A stretch of 63,974 nt of DNA, the filler included, from Malassezia furfur (lineage: Eukaryota), in assembly GCA_052055015.1 (NCBI GenBank). It is 5 parts of 5 records of this genome, joined end to end, with 100 filler letters (N's around TTAATTAATTAA, not from the genome) between each part and the next. Parts side by side here need not be neighbours in the genome. Positions count along the whole stretch, not along the records: positions 55,842 to 63,974 come from JBQJIT010000469.1; 4 more parts are not named here. One strand, given 5' to 3'. A program made the translations under genes and the position numbers. Positions 55,948 through 63,974 of this stretch are shown here, in pieces; position 1 is the first letter of the stretch, and each line of letters opens with the position of its first letter. The notes beneath the pieces were generated by a model that was not told the origin of the DNA, ran no database searches, and was given only the letters and a program-made list of their open reading frames with translations.

Positions 55948-58119
55948 CTATGGCACATGGGGAACCTCGTCGTCGCTCCAGTCGAGGTCCAGGTCGAGCG
56001 CGTCCGTCTCGCGCTTGAGGTCGTCGAGGCGCGTGATGTGCTCGAGGTACGTCGAGTCGTTGCACACATCAAGGATCATATCGTGTCCGCCCTGCTCGTA
56101 CGCATTGAGCACCGCGGGCGAGCATGCCGTACAGTGCTCAAACGCATAGTTGAACATGGTGAGCGTCGTAAAGTCGGACAAGTAGCCGCGCACCTGCTGC
56201 GGCACGGTGCCAAACTCGGTGGTGCCCGGCTCAGGCGCGCCGGGCGCCGCGCCGCGCTGTGGCTGCTGCCGCGGCGGCGGCGTCGCAGCGCCGAGCGGGT
56301 GCTGCAGCACCGACACCATGAGCTCGACGGCGGTGCCTGCCGCGATCCCAGCGAGTCCTGGGCGCGTGACGGTGCAGAGCTGGTCGAGCGTGCGGTTGCT
56401 CAGCGAGTCGGCGGGCGCTACGACGTCGTTGCAGAAGTAGCAGCCGAGGCGCGGCTGCTGGTGCGGCGAGCGCACGCCGTGCCGCATCACGACGTACGAG
56501 TCGTACCCGAGCGCCGCATTGATCACGAGCTTATTGTGTGCGGCGCCGAGCAGCGTCGGCAGCCACCGCGCCTCGCGCGAGTCGGTCAGCAAGAAGACCA
56601 CGTCGTGCCGCGCGACGAGGCGCTCGAGCTCGGCGATCGCCTCGAGCGTCGCCTCGACCGACGCAGGCGGCACGACGTGGCCGGGCATCGGCACCGCAAG
56701 CACATGCCCGGCAGCGTTCGCGCCTGGGAAGATGCGGTGCAGTGCGTCGGCCGCGGCATGCGCCTTCCACCGCCCACCGTCCATGCAGTCCTCGAGCTCG
56801 TACAGCGACTGCCGCACGGGGTTGGAGTACGACACACGCCCACTGTCGACAAAAGTGATGGTGCGGATGCCCCAGCCCATCAGCGTGCGTGCCACGCCGC
56901 ATCCGAGCGTCCCGGCACCGATGAGCAGGGCATCGACGTTCTGGATCATCTCGAGCGCGAGGTTCGGCATCGCACGCCACCGCATCAGCTTCAGGTTGAG
57001 GTCCACGGCGCGGTCCGCAAGGTAGTGGGGGTCGAGCATCGCGCTGAGTGATACGAGCTTGGGCGCCAGCTTCCCCTGTGTGTTGCGCTCCCAGCCGACC
57101 GCATCGGGCAGCGCCTCGTTTACTCGCGCGTTCAGAAAGGTGTTGCGTCCGCGCCATACGAGCGCATCGCTCGGCGCATCGCCGAGCTCGAGCGTGCCAA
57201 GCGTGCTCTTCCACACGAGCGTGCCCGGTTCCTGCGCGCCTGCCACGCGGCCAGCCTCGAACAAGTCGCGCCAGCACAGCACACGCACCGCCGTCAGGCC
57301 AAGGCGCACGTGTACACACGTCAGGATATTGCGCAGCGGCCACCCGGGATATTGCTCGTGCGGTGACGGGTCGACAAAAAGCAAGAGGCGCTCGTCGGGC
57401 GCAACGTGGTCAAGGTATGCTGCCCCGTCACTGAGCGTCCAGAGGCGGACGTCGTTGTCGTCGTCGAACGACACGAAGCAGGCCACCGTGCTGGCCGCCT
57501 CCTGCAGCGCAACCATGAGCACGATCATCTGGGCCTCGGACAGGGTGTCCTGCGCAAGGCCCCATTCGGGCGTGGCGGGCGACAGGCTCCAGCCAGGCGC
57601 ATGCGTCAGCAACGCGGGGAAGGCGAACCAATAATAGTACTTGTACGATTTGAGGTCCGCGTACGTGAGCAGCAGGAAGCAGTTGGGGTTGTTGACAGAC
57701 GCCAGTGTGTTTTGCGACGTTCCTGTGATCGCAGCCCAGATGTCGTCTACTACCTGGTAGAAGTAGCGCTGCTTGTCGGCCGCCTTGAACTCTTGCAGAG
57801 TATTGAAGTTTTTCACCAGGCCGGGCATGCTCAGCGTATGTGGTCTGCGTAAGCACAGGGGAGCGTACACAGTATGTGCGGGCGCGTCGCTTGCCGCGCT
57901 GTCTGCGCGCATGCCGTCGCCCTGGAGCCAGATCCGGCACCGCGATCCGAGCTCGGACCCCGTCACGCGGTCGCGCGTCGTTTTCGACGGGCTGTACTCG
58001 GCATGCGCATGGATTACGTCGTCACTTAGCTGCAGCTCATTCAGCTTGAGCGCCGAGAGCGTATTCCAGAACGACGGGCTGACCTGCGACACGAACGGCG
58101 TGAACTGCGCACGCGACAT
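55948..58119 (-). CDS. ATG7: Autophagy E1-like enzyme Atg7
   Basis: YYYWFAFPAL, VDLNLKLMRWR, GAGTLGC, SYSNPVRQSL, LGCYFCNDVVAP, RTLDQLCTVTRPG. Confidence 0.97.
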   Translation of the reverse strand: MSRAQFTPFVSQVSPSFWNTLSALKLNELQLSDDVIHAHAEYSPSKTTRDRVTGSELGSRCRIWLQGDGMRADSAASDAPAHTVYAPLCLRRPHTLSMPGLVKNFNTLQEFKAADKQRYFYQVVDDIWAAITGTSQNTLASVNNPNCFLLLTYADLKSYKYYYWFAFPALLTHAPGWSLSPATPEWGLAQDTLSEAQMIVLMVALQEAASTVACFVSFDDDNDVRLWTLSDGAAYLDHVAPDERLLLFVDPSPHEQYPGWPLRNILTCVHVRLGLTAVRVLCWRDLFEAGRVAGAQEPGTLVWKSTLGTLELGDAPSDALVWRGRNTFLNARVNEALPDAVGWERNTQGKLAPKLVSLSAMLDPHYLADRAVDLNLKLMRWRAMPNLALEMIQNVDALLIGAGTLGCGVARTLMGWGIRTITFVDSGRVSYSNPVRQSLYELEDCMDGGRWKAHAAADALHRIFPGANAAGHVLAVPMPGHVVPPASVEATLEAIAELERLVARHDVVFLLTDSREARWLPTLLGAAHNKLVINAALGYDSYVVMRHGVRSPHQQPRLGCYFCNDVVAPADSLSNRTLDQLCTVTRPGLAGIAAGTAVELMVSVLQHPLGAATPPPRQQPQRGAAPGAPEPGTTEFGTVPQQVRGYLSDFTTLTMFNYAFEHCTACSPAVLNAYEQGGHDMILDVCNDSTYLEHITRLDDLKRETDALDLDLDWSDDEVPHVP

Positions 58120-58208
58120 GTCACCCGGTCGACCCCACGTCGCGGAGAACAGACCTCCACACGGACAACGGTTGGCGAGAAGGGATCTACATCTATTGGG
58201 CGAGCCAC

Positions 58209-59185
58209 TTAGCCGGGGGGCAGCATCGTCGCGTCAAACACCTGCACGTCGTCTTCCTCGCGGTCGCTCGGCGCCGACCACGTCGACTTGATCGGCGAGC
58301 GCGGCAGCACCATGGTACCCGTGCGCGAGCACTCCAGGATACCAAACGGCCGCACCAGCTTGAAGAAGGCGTCCAGGCGCGACGTCTTGGCCGACACCTC
58401 GACCATCACGCTCGAGTCGCTGATGTCGACAATGCGGCCACCAAACTGCTGCGCGAGCGCGCTAATCGAGCGCATGTTGTCGTTCTTGATCGCCAGTGCC
58501 TCGGACGGGCTCAGCGCAGGCACCTGCTGCGCCTCGGCGCCCTCGGCCTCCTTCACGGCCTGCTCCACCTCGAGCTCGGCCTGCTGGAAGCCGATGTGGT
58601 CCTGGTCAAAGTAGTCCGGACCCAGCGTCGAGATCTTGACCAGCATCAGCTCGCGTTCCACCACCTTGGTGTTGGTATAGTCGACCACGGCCCAAACCGG
58701 CACGAGGTCTTCGAGCTGGCGGCGCACCTGCTCGATCGTCCCGTCCTGGCCACGCAGCACGATGCACATGCGCGAAAGGTCCTCCACGTCCGTCGCACAC
58801 ACGACCAGCGAGTCGATGTTGACGCCACGCGCGGCCAGGCAGCCCGACACACGCGCAAGCACACCCGGCTCGTCCTGGACGAACATGTTGAGCGTGTGGC
58901 TGGGTCAGTTTGCGCAACGTACCGCTTGATCGGCTCGGTGCTCGGCGGCGGCGTGTTGTACAGAATGTTGCTCACCGCGTGCACGGGGTCAATCGAGGGG
59001 CGGTCCAGGCCAGGCAGCGGGGGAAGCGTCCGGTGCCGATGCGAAAGTTTGTGGTCCAGCGCTGACGTGCTCGTCAGGCGGTTGCGTGCAGCTTTTGTGG
59101 CGTACATACGCACACCATGCTCGACCGTCGCAGACGTAGCTGCGAGCGGGCGCATCAGCGCGGGTAAGGACGCGCGCATCACCAT
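58209..59185 (-). CDS. ILV6: Acetolactate synthase regulatory subunit, mitochondrial
   Basis: AVSNILYNTP, DEPGVLARVSG, NIDSLVVC, QLEDLVPVWAV, DATMLPPG. 23-nt intron at 58900-58922. Confidence 0.95.
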
Positions 59186-59259
59186 GGTACTGGAATGAGT
59201 CACGCCGAGCACACCCCGCCGTTCGCGAAGGTTTATCACGTGATCTACAGTGCGGAGGC

Positions 59260-60939
59260 CTATAGCTCGTCAGGCGGCCCGGCATCGCCGAGGTCGAGGA
59301 AGACGGTGAGGGTATGAACGACGTCGGCGGCCACCGTGCACAGCTGGGCATACAGGGACCGTAGGTAGGCATGTACACGGGGCCAGATAGTGGTGCGGGT
59401 GGAGGAGGGAGGGGGCGGCGTCGTGCGCTGCGCCGCGCCGTCGTCCCCGTGGAGCGTCTGTTGGTAGAGCGCGCGGAACTTTTCCACAGCCTGGATGCTC
59501 TCCGAGATGCGGTACGCCGTGTTGATCAGTGCCACCAGCTCACTGCGCCGCAGCGACACGTGCTGCTCGGGGTCGTCCTCCTCAAAGGCGAACAGCAGCT
59601 TGAGCGCCGTGCCGATGCCGGCGACCTGCAGCTTGCCCCACAGGCGGCACTTGTCGCACCCGACACAGTCCATGATCCGCGAAATGTTCATGAACTGTGC
59701 ACGGAAATCCTCCTTGAGCTCGGCAATCTGCAGGTTCTGCACGGGGTCACTGCCCGTCGCAAACAGCCGGTGCTCGTCAAACGACGGCATGTGTGCGCCC
59801 GCGAACTCGAGCAGCTCGCGCAGCTGCTTGTCGGTGTCAGGGTCGCGGATTTTGTCGCCGGCGCGCAGCTCAAACTTGTCCAAATACTCGCCGGCTTTGG
59901 ACAGCGCACGCATCATCAGCACATAGTCAAAGTAGACGTTTTGCAGGCGCTCCGGGTGTTGCGAAATGCGCGTCATGAAGCACTCGAGGTTGGGACCCCA
60001 TGTCTTGGTCTCGGGGTCGAGGTACTCGTTGCAGATGTGGATGGAAATGGACGCATGCAGCCCCGAGATCACACGGTAGAACACGCGCTTCTCGAGGCAC
60101 TGCTCGATGTTGCCCGAGTCCATGGGCGCCTGCATCGAGTCGATCAACGTGCCGAGGCCGCCGGCGCGGAACGGCGTCACGTCGTTGCCTGGCTGCATCG
60201 TCAGCGGGATGGCCTGGCCGGTCCTCAGCTGCTTCTTGGACACAAAGCCCGTGCCTCCGACCGACGTCGCGCGCGGCGGCTCAATAAACTTGATGCCGCC
60301 AAAGCAGTTCTCCTCGTAAATGCTGCGCCAGACGCGGTTCGCACTGACGCCGGCGTAGCCGGTGAACCGCTCTGGGTTCTTGAGCAGGTCGACGTACACG
60401 GCATCAGGCGACGCGTCCTCATCGTCCAGGTGGCAAAAGTTGATGTCACCCGCCGACTGCGCATGCCCTTCTTGCGTGTCGTTCTGCGACCGCTCCACTT
60501 CGCTCAGGCGAATCGTCCGGAACTCTTCGGGGACGTCGGTCTCGTTCATACGCTCCACGGCGCACGCGCGGTTCATACACAGACCGTCGTCCACCCAAAA
60601 TGGACAGTCCCGGTACAAGTCGACCAAGAAGTAGCGGAAGTATTTCGTCTTGCGCAAAGCGTCTAGCTTCGCAAACATGAACGCATCGTTCACTTGTTCG
60701 ACACTTTCGTAGTCGGTACACGCATCGTGGATTTGGCCCGTGGGGCGGCACAGCTGCTCGCCCTGCGACCCACCCTCGCCATCGCCATGCGTGGGGTCCA
60801 TGACCTCTTGCAGGAACTCGGCACGGTTGTCGTTGGGGAATTCCGGCGAAGAAGCGAAGGAGGAAGCAGTGCTGTAGCTAGCGCATACGAGTAGCAGCGC
60901 AGCTAGCGCCCACAGAGACAAACTTCTTATGTGCGCCAT
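59260..60939 (-). CDS. ERO1: ER oxidoreductin Ero1
   Basis: Signal peptide, CPFW..CMNRAC, NPERFTGY, ISGLHASISIH, RIMDCVGCDKCRLWGK. Confidence 0.96.
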   Translation of the reverse strand: MAHIRSLSLWALAALLLVCASYSTASSFASSPEFPNDNRAEFLQEVMDPTHGDGEGGSQGEQLCRPTGQIHDACTDYESVEQVNDAFMFAKLDALRKTKYFRYFLVDLYRDCPFWVDDGLCMNRACAVERMNETDVPEEFRTIRLSEVERSQNDTQEGHAQSAGDINFCHLDDEDASPDAVYVDLLKNPERFTGYAGVSANRVWRSIYEENCFGGIKFIEPPRATSVGGTGFVSKKQLRTGQAIPLTMQPGNDVTPFRAGGLGTLIDSMQAPMDSGNIEQCLEKRVFYRVISGLHASISIHICNEYLDPETKTWGPNLECFMTRISQHPERLQNVYFDYVLMMRALSKAGEYLDKFELRAGDKIRDPDTDKQLRELLEFAGAHMPSFDEHRLFATGSDPVQNLQIAELKEDFRAQFMNISRIMDCVGCDKCRLWGKLQVAGIGTALKLLFAFEEDDPEQHVSLRRSELVALINTAYRISESIQAVEKFRALYQQTLHGDDGAAQRTTPPPPSSTRTTIWPRVHAYLRSLYAQLCTVAADVVHTLTVFLDLGDAGPPDEL

Positions 60940-61143
60940 ACTCAAAGCTGCATACCGTCCGGGAAGAAAGACAGAAACGGCTGGTTGCGCCACGGATGCA
61001 AGGACGTGCGCGTCTGACGTGGAGGATGCCACAACCGCGTGCTTCCACGCCGATCGACCTCCACTCTACGGACATAAGCAACGGCCAACACGGACCCACG
61101 TCCATGTCAGCGGAAATATTTCCCCATTTCTGCGAAGAAAAAA

Positions 61144-61151
61144 TATATAAA
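61144..61151 (+). promoter_or_regulatory. TATA box upstream of U5 snRNA
   Basis: TATATAAA about 30 nt before the predicted U5 start. Confidence 0.6.
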
Positions 61152-61179
61152 CCCGCAAGTGGACCTACACCGTCTCCTT

Positions 61180-61303
61180 ATTTCTGCTGCTGTGGGGCCT
61201 ACTCCTGAACCTTGAACCTCGCCTTTTACTAGATTCAACCGGGCCGGTCCCACGCAATGGCAGCATGATGTATTTTTCGACTTGTTTCCTTGTATCAAGG
61301 AGT
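61180..61303 (+). ncRNA. U5 spliceosomal snRNA
   Basis: Invariant loop I GCCTTTTAC (61221-61229) closed by TTGAA/TTCAA, followed by CCG. Outer stem TGCTGC..GGGGCC / GGTCCC..GCAGCA. Sm-like ATTTTTCG and 3' hairpin TCCTTG/CAAGGA. Ends approximate. Confidence 0.85.
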
Positions 61304-61571
61304 TTTATTTATGATTGTGACGATGCTGCTGGGTAGGCTTCGGCAGACCCAGGTGGCATCGCTTTTTTTTATGGTCCCGTAGCGAAGTCACGTGATGTAT
61401 TTGAACGCCAGTGAGTGCCTCGTACGAAGTCGTGCACATGCGAGCGCAACAGATGCTTGGCAGGCTCGTACCGCCTGCCTACGCAGAGCTCATTAACCAG
61501 TGTCACACAAACCCAAAATCGTTTTAAATCCATTTATACTACAGCGTGTCTCAAATGCATGTCACATATCA

Positions 61572-61908
61572 AGTCTATCAGAGTTGAGCGGCCAATCCCC
61601 CCAACGGCTGTCGAGCAATCCGAACAATCCGAACGTCCCAGACAAAATCCAAGAGCCCAAAAGGCCTCGAAGCAACCGAAGGGCAACAGATCATCGACGG
61701 GCGGCAAGGCCCATTGTCCCTCACTGGCTTATAGGGATTTGGCAGACGCATCGCGCCATAACGCCCGGGATTCATCCACTAGACTGAAATATTGTGACAT
61801 GCGTTTGAGCACGAAAGATCCGGTTATCGACTTTATTAAGTGATTCCGTAAAGCTGGCGAGTGTTAGTCCTTGTCCTTGTCGCCGAGGGTGGCACGTACT
61901 ATGATCTT
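61572..61908 (-). ncRNA. U3 snoRNA with a 46-nt spliceosomal intron (61854-61899)
   Basis: Spliced 5' end AAGATCATA|CTTTACGGAATCACTT (boxes A'/A), box C' GGATGA, box B-like CAGTGAG, box C CGATGATC, box D CTGA with terminal stem GTCTA/TAGAC. Intron GTACGT..GACTAAC..CAG. Confidence 0.8.
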
Positions 61909-61937
61909 AAGGGAAACCTGTAAGCGGGAGTGCCCTG

Positions 61938-61945
61938 TATATATA
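61938..61945 (-). promoter_or_regulatory. TATA box upstream of U3
   Basis: TATATATA about 30 nt upstream of the U3 start, preceded by a long poly(A) tract on the minus strand. Confidence 0.6.
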
Positions 61946-62165
61946 CTTTCGTCACCTCCACATTTTTTTTTTTTTTTTTGACGGCAGGCGCCATGTGGCG
62001 CAGGGTCGAGTGGCCCCAGAATTTCTGGCCGTACCGAGCCGGCGCGTGCCGCCGCTGCGGCATTGCTTGCCACTTACTTCCCCGACGCACTTGGCCTGTG
62101 CACGTCGTGCCCCTTGTCGATTCTACGTGGTACCACGCGCCTTTGCTATTTGCTAGGTGTACAGA

Positions 62166-62662
62166 ATGAGCGAGCAGCGCATGCGCCCCACGACGCGGCC
62201 GGATGCGCATGGGTCGCGCACCATGACGGTAGAGCGCGCCGGTACGTCGCATGACGACGGTGGCGCGCGCGAGGTTGGACGCCTGCATCTTCGTGCGGTA
62301 GGTCGTGAGAGGGAACGCGAGTCGCTTTCGGACTCGACGCACTCGGAGCGGCGTGTTGTGTGGACGGAGGATACCATCGACAACGAAGGGATGGGGAAAA
62401 AGAAGAGCAAGAGTACGTTGTGCACCGTACTGACCCAGTCTGCTGTATCTATCACAAGCCGCGTGCGTTTGACGAGTCGTCGGACGAGAGCTCAAGTTCG
62501 GACTCGGATGGAAGTTCGTCCAGCGCGCCCGAGTCGTCGTCCGACGACGACGGTGCGGCGCGGCCATCACGCGGCATGCGGCATCGGCACACGCACCGAT
62601 GCAAGCATGGGCATACACCGGACACCTCGCCCCCCAAAGTAAATGCCTATGAACGCCCGTAG
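62166..62662 (+). CDS. YPI1: PP1 regulatory subunit Ypi1 (PPP1R11/inhibitor-3)
   Basis: RRVVWTEDTIDNEGMGKKKSK|ICCIYHKP (26-nt intron 62413-62438) and NAYER. Confidence 0.93.
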
Positions 62663-63024
62663 GAAGGAAGCTCTGTACGATAGTTCCGACCCCCTTTCCT
62701 TTGCTGTACTGCTGCCTCGTGACGCTGCGCATGCTGGCCGCGCGGACGGCCTGCCAGCCCGCCCATGCCTGCCCATGCCGAGCCACCCCACTTTTGACCC
62801 CTGGCGTGCCTCACGACAAGGATGCGCGTATGCGCCTTGCATGCGGGCCGATTTCGTGGGCGCAATGCCATTCGTCCGTTCAGGCTGGGCTGCCGGCCCC
62901 ACCAATTAGATCCACGTGACTTGCACTTTAGTGGCGCGTTTTCCCGGAACGTCGTGGGGCCCCGCCGACCGCGACGTAGCTTGGTTTTCCTGTGCTTTGG
63001 TCTCTGGCTGATCCTGTGTGCAGC

Positions 63025-63974
63025 ATGACGAGACCTGCGCCGACACCGATGCCGAAGCGTATCCGCCGGGCCCGCGGCCCCGCGCACGGAAGGCGCCAGC
63101 TGGATCCGCTCGAGGACGGCATTCCCACGATTACGACGGACTACGACGGCGACCCAGTGACGGTCTACGTGACGGCGATGTCGACCCGCACGGACGAGGA
63201 CGGCGATCCCACGTCGACGCGGTACCGCACGCTGTCGACGCTGCGCTCGTCGCGCACGCGCTCGAGCTCGAGCCTGACTGATACGGACTCGGACACGATT
63301 GGGGGCGGTGCATTCCCGACCAGTACGTTTCGCGCGCCCCGCTGACCCAGGCACGAGTACTTCGTCGAGCGCAGATGACGACGACGACGACGACGACGAA
63401 ACGTCGACCTCGTCGTCGACCAGATCGTCCTCGTCGTCGACCGACACCGACGCCCTGCTGACCTCGTCGTCGAGCTCGACGTCGTCGACCTCTTCCTCTT
63501 CCTCTTCCTCTTCCTCGTCGTCTCGCACGCGCTCCTCGTCGAGTAATACGCGCTCGCTGACGAGCTCCACGTCGGCCTTCCTGTCAGACACGTCGCTGCC
63601 GTCGACGGCGCTGCCGTCGGATACCTCTACGCCCGCGCCCACGGGCGACAGCGGCTCGTCGAGCCACACCGGCGCGATTGCCGGCGGTGTGGTCGGCGGT
63701 GTGGTGGGCCTGATTGTCGTCGCGACGATCGTTGCCCTGCTGTTCATGGGCGCACGCAAGAAGCGGCGGAACCAGATGGCGCCGGAGATGGCGCAGCAGA
63801 CGCACTACGACTACCCCCCGTCTTCCATGTATGCCTCCCCCTCGAACCCCTCCCCCTCTCCTTTCGGTGCTGCGGCCGCCAACTACCACGAGCCGCCTGC
63901 GATGCACTCGGTGGTGCCCGACGTGGCGCCGCCCGTGGCCGCCGCCGGGCTCGCAGGCACGGGCGCGGGTGCGG
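63025..63974 (+). CDS. Ser/Thr-rich single-pass membrane protein (Mid2-like architecture), runs off the window
   Basis: 28-nt intron at 63323-63350, long Ser/Thr tract, TM segment GAIAGGVVGGVVGLIVVATIVALLFM followed by RKKRR. Confidence 0.75.

Noticed and set aside
61415..61843. 142-aa ORF between ERO1 and YPI1
   Set aside because: Atypical codon usage and antisense to the U3 snoRNA.
1..63974. Transposons, CRISPR arrays, rRNA genes
   Set aside because: No transposase/RT motifs, terminal repeats, repeat-spacer arrays or rRNA signatures seen.

Overview
Gene-dense, GC-rich fungal (basidiomycete) DNA. Gene content, tiny introns and very short intergenic spacers suggest a Malassezia species (inference, not checked by search). 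The window is not contiguous: five contig pieces are joined by identical 100-nt N44-TTAATTAATTAA-N44 spacers, and contig lengths fall steadily (13,859, 13,850, 13,845 nt), so order across gaps is artificial. I can support about 40 protein genes, mostly housekeeping, many rebuilt only by removing 20-30 nt GT-AG introns. There are also two intron-containing tRNAs, a U5 snRNA and an intron-containing U3 snoRNA. Most notable: (1) a ~15% GC trough at 47.2-47.65 kb inside a multi-kb GC gradient, fitting a small regional centromere, with an intact 7-exon acetyltransferase gene running into it; (2) 20-22 nt spliceosomal introns, including three 20-nt frame-shifting introns that hide an intact Rec8/Rad21-type kleisin; (3) a tRNA-Leu(UAA) that appears to lack the long variable arm; (4) extreme gene packing, with overlapping stop codons and 10-33 nt spacers. 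All coordinates and splice models were read by hand.
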